Source of the DNA: Takakia lepidozioides
Taxonomy: Eukaryota > Plantae > Bryophyta
Length of the DNA stretch: 64,000 nt
Direction: 5' to 3'
Assembly (NCBI GenBank): GCA_030704615.1
Contig: CM060732.1
Location: 49,910,001 to 49,974,000 of the forward strand
Below are positions 25,201 through 37,368 of the stretch, piece by piece. Below the pieces are notes generated by a model. That model was given only the letters and a program-made list of their open reading frames with translations. It was not told the DNA's origin and made no database searches. The stretch's first letter is position 1. Every line of letters starts with the position of its first letter. Both the position numbers and the translations under genes were made by a program.

Positions 25201-27652
25201 GAGGATGATGACCTGGCAGAGACCCGAGCCCAGTCGCAGCAGAGTGCCTCAGTGGCTTCCACTACAGTGGATAGCATTGATCTCCCTACACTTCCAGAAG
25301 GTCTGGTGAAAACTGAATGGGCAAATTTACATCCTTTTTGTGCTCCTCTGCTGTGAAGGAAATGTGCTATATACTGAGTAGAGCCACCATTTTCTTGATA
25401 AACTTAATGGATTTGTTCTGCGACAACTAGTTCCCTGAGACTTTCTTGAGGCCTTTGCAGCTTCAGAGGCATGTTAACTCTTATCCAAAGTATTGAATCA
25501 GATTGTCGTCTGGTATTGTGGTAAGAGCATAAGCCAAATGTGGCCTATTATATTGCCACTTGTGCTGCTGCAGTATAAAAATACACTTCCTTCCTAGATA
25601 CTCGTAACTCACTGATATGGTTTTTGGCACGTGGCAGGTGTTTTCACCTGGAACGAGGACAAGAAACACAAAATTATTTCTTCAGGGGGGAAAAGTGTAT
25701 ATGCGATGGAAGCACGGTTGAAGCAAGTGGGTGACTGGTTCCTAGATAGAATGGCCAATGGAAATTTGGAGGCCTTCTTCCCTGCTGGCATTCGCACACA
25801 AGACTATGTGCCACATGTCCAGGAATTGTGGAAGGACGAGGCAATTAAAGCCACTTACAAGCGGAAAGCAGAGCTCCACTCCCTTTCTGATGTGGCAGGC
25901 TACTTCCTGGAGAGGGTACTCTTTTTTGTTACTTAGCTTTACATCTTTCTCTCCTCCAGTAGTTGCTGTAGTGTTGGGAACACTATTGCTTACCTGCACG
26001 AGGCCTTGACCCTTAGGCAATCCCTTGAGCAGTAGTTGCTTTTGGGCTGCTTGTTGGCTCTGGTTTTGTCTCCTCTCTCTTGTTTTTTCCCATTTTGTCC
26101 CATAAAGTCTTTGAGCTTTCCATGGACGTTATAAAGTACCATTTCATTTCTTTTCTCCTCCATGCCTTCACTTGTGGAAATTGTGTTGGATGCAGTCAAT
26201 GAGTTATGCTAGAACTGCAAGAAGTGAGTCATATTACAAATCTATGCCATTCAGAGAGCTGATGATAAATGTCTGAAATGGTTGTAGGTGTTGGAGGTAT
26301 CGGGGAAGGAGTATGAGCCGACTGAGGACGACATACTTCGGGCAGAGGGGCTGACCCAAGGGTCTGGGTTGGTCCAGATTGAATTCTTTTTAGAGGATAA
26401 AGTTCCTTTCTCTGGCTCCTGGCAGGACGGTGACGCTCCTTCTGCGACTGGCAGGTATGTGAAGAACTCCCACCCATGTAATTGTTTGGGCTAGTCTAAC
26501 AATTGTGATTCTTAAATTGAAGGGCTTGGTGGCTCATGTGTATTTGGTGGGATACAACTTGTTTTGAGCATGTTCCTGCTGCTAGCAAGCCGGGTGTGCT
26601 GTCTGAGCACTGCTTCAGATGATTGCTTTCTCTGTTGCGGGGGGTGTGTGATGAGAAATGAAATGAAACTTTATAACGTATGCAGAAAGCTCAAAGAGCT
26701 TATGCGACAATAGATAGAAATATACTACCACGAGGGGGAAGAGGTTCACGGGGCAAAGTAAAACCAAAAGACATCAAAAGCACCCAGTCAGACACTGAAA
26801 TCTTGTTGTGGACCATTCCTTCAGAACGATTGCTTCGTCTGTTGTGTTGTGTGTGTGAGAAATGAAATGGTACTTTATAACGTCCGCGGAAAGCTCAAAG
26901 ATGTTATGGGACAAAACAGGAAAAAAAGAGAGAAGAAGAATAGAGAAAGGAAGATTATATATTTGTGTATAGAAACTCAATGAGACAGAAATATACTGAG
27001 GTACTGAGCACTTTCTGCCTAGCAGTATTGACTCTGCTTGATGTCATGTGTCTGCAGATACCAGCTCATACGAGTGGGTGGCAAAGGCATGACTGACCGT
27101 CAAAAGTGGCTGGGCATGTTTGAGGATGTGCGCGCTGTAGTTTTTTGCGTTGCTCTGAGCGAATATGACCTGATGTGGGCTGACAACAGTGGTGCTCTCC
27201 GCAACAAGATGATACAAGCCCGAGAGCTCTTTGAGAGCATCCTTAAGCATCCTTGTTTCCAAGATACCCCGTTTGTGCTCCTACTCAACAAGTATGATGT
27301 TTTTGAGGAAAAGATCTACAAGGGTATTCCCCTTACAGCTTGCGAGTGGTTCTCTGACTTCAGGCCTGTCGGAGCATCACATTATACTGCCCAGAACCAG
27401 GCCCAGCAAGCATACCAGTACATTGCCCACAAGTACAAGGAGGTTTTCAACAGTGTAAACTCTACAGTAACTCGTAAACTGTTCACATTTCAGTTGAATG
27501 CTCTAGATAAGAACACAGTATCTGGGGCCTTCCAGTATGTGCGAGAGATACTTAAGTGGGATGAGAATCGCACGGGCTGGGACATTCTGCCAGAAGAGTC
27601 GTCCTACAGCACAGACACCAGCTCCTTCTTACAACACTCTTCAACATCGTGA
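13258..27652 (+). CDS. XLG: Extra-large G-protein alpha subunit (XLG), 9 exons: 13258-13927, 14550-16288, 16912-17049, 17573-17677, 23992-24171, 25078-25300, 25638(or 25686)-25915, 26288-26454, 27058-27652; about 1364 aa
   Basis: XLG hallmarks: [11 protein letters not shown], the Cys-rich [27 protein letters not shown], and GRYWYD..GLWG-EGQRP. G-alpha domain: [56 protein letters not shown]. All introns are GT-AG with consistent phases (4095 nt in total). The first exon is less certain. Confidence 0.93.
13977..14379 (-). mobile_element. 5'-truncated LINE copy in XLG intron 1 with 16-bp TSD
   Basis: Reverse complement of about 22255-22653. TSD CATTTTCTCTCTTAGA at 13961-13976 and 14380-14395. 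Confidence 0.93.
18114..22520 (+). CDS. LINE polyprotein: APE endonuclease + reverse transcriptase + C-terminal CCHC zinc knuckle
   Basis: APE motifs ATFN, QETW, GDFNA, IVDY, SDH. RT motifs [38 protein letters not shown]-terminal [15 protein letters not shown]. No ATG at the start of the ORF (first Met at about 18273). Confidence 0.93.
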   Translation: MGSGWFLCLNLWPAKTIKNLAPININTPQSDPWELVTSAKSRASCVVFGVNPRMDDVSFKTTCSSLGLDFMANGTISRLDNRGTLKVAMTKSASNRVPHQFNLKEVRPLTGWRAVLDIGDSMGRSRKTTKGNNFNLRVSNRFDALDEVESKQPEGQDAPKCTEPECPESEGFGTLNGLPILKVYTRRTNSIHGVIVPKPSDGQSVPKCAEPERRVTEGFGTLNGLPILKVYTRRAKSIHGVIVPKQSDGQSAPMCAEPVRRVTERFGTLNGLPILKAYTRRAKSTHGVTVPPLQNGWPSRSNHKLPRRQTIHTQRAGLRLATFNFSGLTNQRKQLEVGQVLRTNDIHICAGQETWETSDKLVGDVIGYKWAGKMCTLKAASASAKGVGFFVRDFLFDNCEIINKGLRYEHSIWLKLNLKGSMSTKDLFVGCVYMPTEGTLSADADKAFEDVKLDCASFPAKGQVVLLGDFNARVGKGIHQDDIIGPFGEDELNSNGRRLINCLEELQLLTLNNRTRGDQVQWTREKPQTGERSIVDYVIMDKILFPQCANVLIDRTDIGTSDHFLVWTEIKRCFPTTKRSVKRSIRKWRIEKFHNEEVKAEYVQALQEALPHFVQLLQELQSRSVNARNEVERAVDSWESFVSSVADKIIGRKLIVCGRAVNWWTNEIKLKIAERRALYKECCNLETNRELWARYYQLRKDINQLVRSQKKLYWDKLYSEINSNHHGGNDKKFWLALQRLYKPKNGQQVQALKTTKGAVVTSSVDIVKTFETHYSILGRTSRSNSEGSSAEWRDTVGKTVPMIQNSPDVLEYISMAYNAPISSSEIVEAIEHLNGYKAGGPDGIVNEIIKHGGDPMIEALVLLFNLIWKTEMIPFRWRQGVIVNLYKKGDREEPGNYRGITLLNAVGKTFCRVISTRLEVDLESRGCFHEGQAGFRRNRGCVDHIFTLSQIIQGRKKEGKPTYVFFLDVKKDYDTVWRDGLWFRLWSCGIKGKMWRVVHNLYAHTKSCVTVNGQKSNFFDIDQGVAQGCTLSPLLFNVFINQLLEDVESEGFGLRVGDTTIPALMFADDFAGIGETPTNLQELIDCAKRYFDLWGLEANVSKCAVVAFNDRGEGGSDLKWQWGSQEIPVLPSYTYLGVEFSSNCNWDAHIRKVVQTGKGKALGLTKFFHCRGVNSEVKKTMLCRVIRPALEYGSAIWVDNSNQAKSLESVQVGVLKECMSACSKTANVAVRGEFGIPSLSSRRDEFKVRWWGQLQHMPNTRYPKLIDSISWKQDRPVKQAKSWQKRVEEILKDLDLDPQVLTLLDKSDLEAVVSSAMSVAMRLSDENEVRQKTSLNLFPVCDMGEDILDDLKGLPTLGTRLKFKLRAGSLPLNSKQKQRGKGECNCPLCGQSEDSIHFLIHCPGFSHQRDALLKSIKGIVPVPLFTNFESLEAEPKAQALLRPSFWANHTQQIDACVKGFLEDIWKTR
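18585..18990 (+). repeat. Three in-frame 141-bp (47-aa) tandem repeats in the LINE ORF N-terminus
   Basis: [18 protein letters not shown].. recurs at 18621, 18762 and 18903. Confidence 0.9.
22745..23097 (-). mobile_element. Inverted near-identical internal fragment of the adjacent LINE
   Basis: Reverse complement of about 20453-20806 ([19 protein letters not shown]). Confidence 0.9.
23165..23660 (-). mobile_element. Older diverged 3' fragment of the same LINE family
   Basis: ORF 23107-23541 ([31 protein letters not shown]) is homologous to the LINE C-terminus. Confidence 0.85.
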
Positions 27653-30229
27653 GACAACTATTCCTTATTTGACCGGTGACACCCTGTATTCATGTCCATT
27701 TTGATGCCAGGTTGATGCTGTTGTTTTATTCCAACGTAAACTCTCCTTTGCTGCCAAAAACCAAGGATCAAAGTCTATACAGATCTAATTCTCACTAACA
27801 CAGAAATCATCATTTGGGATGTGATGAGAAATCTATTGTCAATCACAGACAGCAAACTCTAGTAATCCTTTTCTGTATGGAGTAGTACTAATTCCTTGAG
27901 CTTGGGGCTGCAATCCTGGCTGCCTTAGATGGTGATGTTCACAGTGATGCTGTACTATGCGTGCTCAGTGCATGCTCTCTTGGTCCGACTTGTCCATATT
28001 GAACTATCAAGGTAATATTGGATTACTGTGATATGGTCCAAAGTGACTGATTCAATTGTCAGGTCAAGTAACTATGTCAATAATCTGGGCAAGTCTGCTG
28101 TGGCAGAGGTTAGGTAGGTGGATAGATTAAATAATGTCATTCCTGTTTGGTTTGTATCCTAATCTGTGGCATGTGCACTTTGGCAGGAACGGCAAACAGT
28201 ATTAAGTTGCTCTACAAAAATGGAGACGGATGTGACACTATGGTAGAATGTACTCATAAGACAGACGTTTGCCATAGCCAACACTACGGTAGAGTGGGTT
28301 GTTTTGTAGATGGCCTAGTGAGTGTGATTGCTCTGATCACGAAACAACAGTCAAATGCATGCTGGAAGGCTTCTAGATTGTTGCTATCAGTTGTTGCCTC
28401 TCACATCCACGTGTAAATTATCAATTGTTCATATAGGTCTCCTCAGGGTTTATACCCCTTTGTCAAATTGGGGACTCTGGCGCCAATTGTAGCAAATCTT
28501 TTATTCTCAGAACACTATTTATCATTACTTTCTATCCCTTGCAGTTGAGATACCTGATAGTTTGCAAGTGATGAAGTTAAGGAATTCCTGTGAAATACAG
28601 GAGAATTGAGAAGGTAGTGCATCTCTTTTGGAATTGACTTTCTTCTCTTTTTCTGTTGGGTTTGAAAGGCCCCTGAACTATTCTGTTAAACCAAATCTCA
28701 ATGAGACACACACGTGTCACAATATCTATTGCTGCAGGAGCTGGGCTTGGTAGGTTTGTGGCAGTTATGGTAGGTGCCTCTAGTACTGTGTGAAAAGCTA
28801 ATGAGGTCTAGAGTTGCTAATTTGAGAGCATGCTAATTTGACATGCTGAGTGAGTTGGTTAGCTAGGATGAGATGGACTGAGTTGAATCAACTGGATGGT
28901 ACGATCAATTTTGGTGGCCAAACAAGTGGCCAGCTTTGTGCAGGTAGTAGGGGCTGGTGCCCCATCGGCAAAGGGATTGTGGCTTCCTGTGCCTGTTCAA
29001 TAGAAGCAGCTCTTACAGGTGACTGGTCCCTTCTAGCACAAGTAGGTTGGCGTCCTTTCCTGTAAGCAGGTTGAGAGTGATTTGACTGATTGTCTACTGA
29101 TATAATAGGGTGGTACAGTTATGGGCATACATAAAGTTGGTTGTGGTCTTCTACACGGCCCATTACTGTTGCATCCAAGCAAGCGAAAGAGAGAGAATGA
29201 AAAGTTTGATGTCTTGTGTATGCTGCTTTGTGGACAGCCCGCATGGCCAATGGATGATTGTCCTTACTGAGAGTAGAATCGAACGAAGCGAGAGAGACAG
29301 AGCTTGTCTTGTCTATTCCAGATTAGATCAAAAGTTTACAGACAACAGCTTTCATGGAAGGAACACAATCACATTCCCTCTTGCCCTAAACATTGACTCC
29401 ATATCCATAGAAGTGATCAGGCAGAATGCTTCATGGTTTTTCATGAACTGCTGTACTGCTCCATAATAGAGAGTTGGAGATAGCTTTGTGCAGATTGCTG
29501 CTATGTCAACCAGCATTATATTGTAATTTGTTTTCAAACATCACCTCTCTCCAGCCATTGCAAACTTGCAATGCATATGGTTTTGCAGGAAACTTGATCA
29601 TAGAGCTCTTAGCTGGACAGCTTAGGTTCTGGAAAGAGCTCATGATATACCAGGATAATGTACCTCATAGTGCTATAGAGAGAGCCCGACTATGCACTAT
29701 CACTAACCTAGTACCAAACCTTAAAATATAGGTTAAGTCTTTGTGTATTTTGATGACCAATATAACCCGGAAAATGTGAATTTCTCAATACAAGCCACTG
29801 CTGCCATAACACAGCCACGATCAATCGTTTGTCCCTCCGACAGACAAAGGCCAGCTTTGATCTGGGTACCCTTGACAACTGACACCCTGTTTCATTCGTT
29901 ACACAATCTCTCATCCAAGCACCCTGCGGGGGTGTCAATGAATGAAACCAATATAGCCTTAGCATGGTCTCTGAAGATATCAATTTGTGCTGGAAGGGAG
30001 TTGCCTATCCTCTCCGTGATGGCACAGGATGAAAAGGGGAATAGTCAGGAACAGCAGAGCTTGCATCGAGCAGGGGAAAGAAATGGGCAAAGCAATAGTT
30101 CTAACAGCCTACAGAGCTCATACATTCAAGATCATGTATACATCCAACACTCTTTGCACACCAGAAATATGCGCAAGAACATCCGTCCACAGACCTTTTA
30201 CTTGAGGTACCTCCCTGCTGTGCATTTGT

Positions 30230-30560
30230 TCACAGGTCTCCAAAGCCTCCATCCCACACCCATGTTGTGCGTACCCTGCAATCATAGCACTTCATAACAC
30301 CACATCTCGTTTGGCCACACTTGGCATACATGTCAACAAGGGTATTGTTCAGAATGACATATGGTACAATTCCAGCCTTGACGATGTCACCATGGACCTC
30401 TTTGCCATTCACGAATATATAAACGCCTCCCTAGAAGACAACTTCTTGGCAATGGTGCCCCTAAAGAACCGGCAACGGAAGAGCCTCTGCATCCAGGTCC
30501 AAACCCACAGCTGTCCGCCGTGCATCACCTCGCACCCACTCTGCACTGCCCACCACTGGA
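30230..30560 (-). pseudogene. Degenerate PLS-class PPR gene fragment
   Basis: GKEVHGDIVKAGIVPYVILNNTLVDMYAKCG is a classic PLS-class L/S motif junction. Stops and frameshifts surround it. Confidence 0.7.
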
Positions 30561-31646
30561 GATCTGTTTTCAGTATTCAAATCTTGAAACAGCCTTCACA
30601 AGCAAGTTTCAGTGGTTGACAATTAGAGCTCAGTCCAGTCTAGTAAATGGATCAGCCATGGCAAGCACCTCGCAGGTCGAGTCTCTGCTAATTACAAAGC
30701 ATAGAAGTCTTACTCTTCTCTTTCCCTCACTACCTCTATTTCCGACAGACCCCGAGCGACCTGCTGCAGCAAAAGCATTGAGAAATGAAGAGGGTGGGAG
30801 CGAGATTAATAGAGAGTTGGAGAGCGCCTGGGCGTGGAGTGAGAAGAAGCAGACAATGTGAAAGAAAGATAGGGTGGGGAGGAGGGTAGAGAGGACGCTC
30901 TAGAGGGCTGTATGAAAAAGAGGACATATTTTTCTGGTGATTTTGAGGGATTCCAAGTACCCAAGAACGGGAATGAGGTTTTTCTTTACACTGCAACCAA
31001 CCATTAGGAGATATGCGTCGATGTCTCATATTGTCAGTGACAGCCGACCCTTGCATTGGCGGTCACATTGAACTGGTTACCTAGGCGTGCGTGGATGTGA
31101 CTCCTCACCATCCTCTATCGCAAATTTTTGTGTCCATTGAGCACTTTGTTGTTTTCCAGGGTGCCCAAACAAACGTGATATGGTCAGTCAAGCTTCAACC
31201 CTGCGTGCAAGCTCCCCGCACGTAGATCTCCAAAGCGTCCATTTCGCATCCCAGCTGTGCACTTGCAAAACATCTCACGACACAAACAAAGAAAAACAAC
31301 CAAGTCCAAGACTCATCGTTGAGCACAACCCCACAACCCTAAATCCATTTTGAATTATTTTGAGTTTTTTGAACCTTTTGAAATTTTAATTGGACAATAC
31401 ACTTGGTGTTACCCTAATGGTTTGGGGCTAGCTGGTCTTATACGGCAAAACAATATTCTGGTTGAGGAATGTGCTTCCGAGAGTGAATACTCTCATTTTG
31501 ATTTTGATTCTAAATAAAGTTTAGCATGTTTGAAGCTCACTATTCAATAGCATCGTCATGTAATGAACTCAACTCTTGTATATTTTTCAATATGTATCAC
31601 AAGTGCACAAACCACTAACATACTTTATGTGTAACCACAGAAGTGG

Positions 31647-32235
31647 TGTCAAGGACGAGAACATGACTGAACACAAACAAGAGATCAGACTAGAGGTACA
31701 AGACTAGACAAGAAGTCAAGGTCGGCGTGGCCGTATGCACGATCAGTAAATAAGAATCAAGACGATTTTTATAACAATGAACAAGAATACAAGATATTGG
31801 AACACGACTTGAATACTGGAATGCTGGAAACTGACTAGAGTACCAGGTACTGGAAACTGGGCTAGAGTACTGGGAACTGGAAATAAGAGTAGCTTGAACT
31901 GATGTTGGCAAGACTGAAGAGTGTCCAGTCTCGCCTCCTATATATACTGGCTACTAAGAAGCTTCCCCTATGGAGGTTTCTTGCTGGAGAAGTTTCCAAG
32001 ATTAAACAAAGGTTTCTTGATGGAGAAGCTTCCTTAAACAAAGGAGGTATCTTGATGGAGAAGTTTCCTCCAAAAGAAGCTTCCTAAGCAGTTTCCAAGT
32101 TACTCTTGATAATTTGGTAAACTCCTGGTAATTTGGTAAGTAATAGTAAATCATGGTAAATCACGATAAGTCATGGTAACTTGATAACTTCTGGTATTTA
32201 CTCCTAGTAAGTTCATCTGGGCTATGTCCGTGACA
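31647..32235 (-). repeat. 3' LTR of the chromovirus
   Basis: TGTCAAGG..CCGTGACA, adjacent to the PPT. Confidence 0.95.
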
Positions 32236-32799
32236 TCACCCCCTCCTCTAGTGCCGAGTTCCTCGATGAGCGGTAAAATCTTAGACTTGTTTAGAGTTGG
32301 AGAAAATCCAAAATCCGGCGAATGGTACTTGTCACATATTCGGTTCTTCGTTCTTGACTCAAATGATTTATAGGTCCCTACAACCATCGATAGTGTCTAA
32401 CACCTTGAACTTGGCACCACGTAGTGATTTGAGCATTCTGATTCTCGAAGCTGCCTTCAAACATGATTTCGTTGCCATGTACGTCCGAAACCTCAACCTC
32501 CAACAGAATTATCAGACTTCGAGTAGGCTCCACTTGCCGTCGTACGGGGTCCAGACGAGGAAGTACGCGTCGCGTTAGTGGCCCATCGTCTCGAGAGCGT
32601 CGGCGTGATATTGAAGGTTGCGAGTATCTGGTTCCTGTGACTCCATACTGCCAATACAAGATGCAAGAGTGTTGGAAGTGTAGCTATATATACTGATGTG
32701 TGGTGCTCCTCCCTTCTTAGCGTATATCAGGTACATTGAATGTGGAGTCTTCACCTTGAAGCTAACTTGGCTGACATCATCATTGTGACGTCTTATTGA

Positions 32800-35700
32800 C
32801 GTGTAGCTCGGGGCTTAGCTGGATATCGTTGATGAAACTCTTGGACTTTGTCAGATGCATTGGCGAGGTTGGATGAAGGTTTTCACGTTCGTTCACTGAT
32901 GTCGTAGCCTTTTCAATGTACGAAATACTCAAGACGTTTATACTTGATGCGAGATTCTAAGACTTCGTCGACTTCATACTCAATTTCTTGATTGACTTCG
33001 ATTGGTGGAGGTGGTACGGAGACTCTCCCTGGAATATTCGATGGATGATACAACTCCAATAATGAAACATGAAAGACTGGATGGATGCGCATACTTCGTG
33101 GGAGTTCAAGCCGAAAACTGATCGGATTTATTTGTCGAATAATTTTAAATGGTCCCAGACGTTGATAATCCAACTTCCTTGATGGTCGCGAGGTTTGTAT
33201 GTCCCGTCGAAAAAACCACACACGATCTCCGACTTTGAAATGGGGTTGGAGTTGACGACGTTGATCTGCATACTCCTTATATTGTTTTTGAGCTTCTGCG
33301 AGGTGGAATGTAAGCTCCTTGTGAATCATAGCAAGATGAGTAGCAAGGTTTTCTGCAGCAGGGCTTCCAACAATCTTCATGTGGAAAGGGTTTGCTCGAG
33401 GGTGATGACCATAATTGGAGAAAAATGGAGTTTGTTTGGTCGAAGAATGTATAGTGTTGTTGTAGGCAAACTCAGCCAATGACAGAAGGTCCGTCCAATT
33501 ATCTTGGTGATAATTTATTGTACAGCGAAGATACTGCTCCAAAATCTGGTTAACACGTTCGGTTTGACCATCAGTCTGTGGATGATTAGCTGTAGAGAGG
33601 TTGATCTTAGTATCCAATATATGAAATAATCCCCTCCAAAAATTTGATATAAACTGTGGTCCTCGATCAGATACGATGTCATTCGGGAGACCATGAATGC
33701 GGTAGATATTATTGAGGAAGAGTCTTGCAGTTTCCTCGCCGGTAACCGTCTTATTACATTGAATGAAATGTGTCATCTTCGTAAAACGATCTACAATAAC
33801 AAGGATTGAATTGGTGGTCTTGGAAATTGGAAGGTCCGTAATAAAGTCCATAGACACGGACGACCATGGGCCCTTGGGAATGGGTAATGGTTGAAGAATG
33901 CCGTAAGGTCGATATCGTGGTCCCTTCGCTCTAGCACACGTGCCGCAAGATTTTATAAATTCTTTCACGAGTTTCCACATCTGCGGCCACCAATAGTCCC
34001 TGGATATCAATTCCATTGTTTTGTTGAAGCCGAAATGTCCTACAGCCGGAAGATCATGACAAGTTTGAAGAATTCGAAGTCGTGTAGGTCTTAGAGGTAC
34101 ATAGAGAAGTCCCTTAAAATAAAGTAAGTCATCTTTGAATTCGAAGTCGTTTGTAACATATGGGTTGTCTCAAGATTGATTTAGTTGACTTCGTAGTGTC
34201 GTAGCAAATTGGTCGCTCTTCAGTGCTTCCTGAATCTCCTTTATGATCTCTACATCGTCATAAGTGGACATGCATAGCATATTCACTTGGAGATTTGCTG
34301 GTTTCAAGATGATGGATTTCTGTTGGTCAAAAGCTGCATCCCCTTCTTTTGGCGCAAGATACGATCGTCGAGAAAGAGCATCTGGTTTTCCTTGAAGATG
34401 TCCGGGACGGTAGGTAATAACAAAATCAAACCTTGTTAGTAACATACTCCATTTTGCTTGACGTCGATTCAAAACACGAGCACTCATAAAATATTCGAGG
34501 TTTTTGTGATCGGTATAGACTGTAACCTGATGTTTAGCTCCCTCCAATAGATGACGCCACTCCTCAAAAGCATCAATAATCGCTAGAAGTTCTTTGTCAT
34601 GGATTTCATAATTGATCTCCGCAGCGGAAAATTTGCGAGAACGAAAACCAACAGGGTGAAGTCGGCCATCTGTACCGTATTAAGAGAGTATCGCGCTAAG
34701 TGCAAAGTCCGATGCATCTGCTTCCAAAAAGAATGTTTTAGATGGGTCTACATGTACCAGTATTGGAACCGTTGTAAATGTCTGCTTCAGTCTTTCAAAT
34801 GCTTGGTCAGCCTTCTCGCATACAAATTTATCCTTCCCTATGAGTCGTGTCAATGATGCAACAATTTTGGAGTAATCATTGATGAAGATTCTATAGAAAT
34901 TTGCAATTCCTAGAAAACATTGTATATCTCGGACCGAAGTTGGTTTAATCCACTCGATGATGGTTTGTATTTTCTTCTGATCCATAAAGACTCATTTGTC
35001 GGAAATAGTGTAGCCCAAAAATTTAACTTCAGATTGGTGGAAAAGACATTTTTCCAACTTGACATATAGTTTTTTTTCCCTCAATTTATCAAGGACAAGG
35101 TGTACATGGCGACCATATTCTTCTTCATTATGTGAAAATATCAAAATGTCGTCCAAATAGATGACTACATCTAAAAATTATCGAAAGATGTCATTCATCA
35201 TGTGTTGAAAAATTGCTGGAGCATTTGTAAGACCGAAAGGCATAACACTGTATTCGATATGTCCGTACCTTGTGTGAAAAACAGTCTTCCATTTGTCTTC
35301 TTCTTTTATTCGTACAAGGTTGTAAGCTCCTCTCAAGTCGATCTTTGTGAAAAAATTTGCTCGTCCAAGTTGTTCGACGAGTCCGGAAATCAGAGGTAGT
35401 GGGTAACGATTTTTTATAGTGACTTTGTTGAACCCACGATAGTCCACACACATGTGTAACGATCCGTCTTTCTTCTTCACAAATAAGATAGGTGCTCCCG
35501 CGGGTGATTTCGAATGTCGAATAAAATTATTTGACAAATTTTCATCAATGTATTCACATAAAGCAGTCAGCTCCGTCTGAGATAAATTGTAAATCGGGCT
35601 GAATGGTGGTTGACTCCTTCTTGCAACTCAATTGCACAATCATAAGGTCGATGTTCTGGCAACATGTCAGCATTTTTTTTCTCGAAGACATCCTTGAAAT

Positions 35701-37330
35701 CTTGATATTGAGTGGGTAATGTCGAAGTACCTTGGTCTGTTGTGGTTTTGATCGGAGTCGCATAAAGTGCAAATGTCGCGTCTTTCTTCGTAGCTCTCAT
35801 GAAGGCTCTAGCTCTAAGAAACAGGGGTTGAACACCTTTGGTACTTTTGCATTTTTGTCTCGCCGAAATTTTTCGTGATCGCCAATCGATGTCAATATTA
35901 TGACGTACAAACCAGGGAAGTCCAAGGATCACATGATTCGTTGGAGACTAGATGACATTGAAAACAATCTGTGATGCTTGATTTTTAAGCTTCAGTTCAA
36001 GGGGTCAAGTGTCATGGTCAATATTTCCTGATGGTAACGGTCGTCCATCGATGACTTCAACAGGGGCCGAGAATTTTTTTCTTACGAGCGTTAAATTGTG
36101 TTGCTTCGCAAAGTTTTTGTCAATAAAACACGCTGAAGCGCCCGAGTCCAAAAGTGCTTCTACGGAGATATCTCGATTTTGCATCCTGATCTTTACTGGA
36201 ACTGTGAAACAAGGTACAGGGTCTGGAGGTAGAAAGAGACATTTTTTTTGTGAGGAATTTGGGGTGTCCAGCCGCATGGTCCCTACTGTGACTGGACATC
36301 TTCGTTTTCCGACCTCCTCGTATCGAACACTTGAGTTGTGCCCCGAGCTTTGAATCTTCTCTTGTTGGGGCAGTTTAATGCTATGTGATCATTTTCTCCG
36401 CAATAAAGGCATAATCCATTTGAGCACCGTCTTTGTTTTTCTTATGGCGACAATGGCTTAAATCGGACAGCATCAATCTGCATAGGATCATTACCGGATG
36501 TCTGATGGATCGTTGTGTTTGGTGCCATAGTAGCAGCGGCATGGTGCGTCGTCGACCATCCAGATCGCTTCTCTTGACGTCTTTCGAACAAATGATTATC
36601 GCATGTAATGACTTGGGTGATGAATTCGCTCAGTGCACTCACGTTTGGCATTGTCAGTAACAAATCTTTTACAACTTCTTTTAGGCCACATCGAAACTGA
36701 CTAATGAGACTCTTCTCATTCCAATCGAGGTCGCACGGAAGTTGTCGAAATTCGGCAGCATTAACGGAAGCTGGACGTGCTCCTTGTCGAAGATTTCGCA
36801 TCTTTGTCTTTGCAACTTTCTCTCTATCATTCTCTCCAAACGTTGCAGTGAACTCGGGACATGAACACTTCAAAATTGTATAGTAAATGCGAATTTTTCT
36901 CTAATAGCGGTGCAAACCAAGATAGGGCAGTGCCTGAAAGAAGGGTGCCCACAAATCCTACTTCAATACCTTCATCAGGGTAGCGTTGTGGATGTAGTCG
37001 TAGGAACAATCGTACTTGTTAAACAAAACCGCGAAATCTTGATCTCGTCCCATCAAATTTTTCGGGCATGCTGACCTTTGGTTCCCTTGTAATCTGTTGA
37101 AGATTTGGAAGAACTGTTGCAGTATGATTCGTTATAGTAGGAACTCGTAAGATTGAAGATCCATTGTTCGACTCTTTCAACTCTGAAATTTGTTGTTGCG
37201 AATTGTTGATAGCGTTGTCAAGATCTTGAGACTGATCAGCTTGTAGTTGGGCAGTAGAGGCACGAAGTTCTTGCATCTGGAGCTGAAGACTCTGCAATGT
37301 GGCGACCATTTCCGCAAATGTGTCTTCCAT
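32800..37330 (-). pseudogene. gag-pol polyprotein with multiple stops and frameshifts
   Basis: Gag: PEKFDGTR, PMQID and a CCHC region. Protease: LLDSGA. RT: [20 protein letters not shown]. RNase H: EADASD, YTDHKNLEY. Integrase: SMDFITDLP, SDRGPQF, HPQTDGQTER. Chromodomain EYEVDEVL..YFVH* (W replaced by stop). Confidence 0.95.
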
Positions 37331-37368
37331 CTTAACTAACTAAGGAACAAACTTTAGTCTCATCAAAC

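Noticed and set aside
26645-26998. Direct repeat in XLG intron 8
   Set aside because: Small diverged local duplication with no evidence of function.
32378-32696. Extra ORF downstream of chromovirus pol
   Set aside because: Short, with no recognisable homology.
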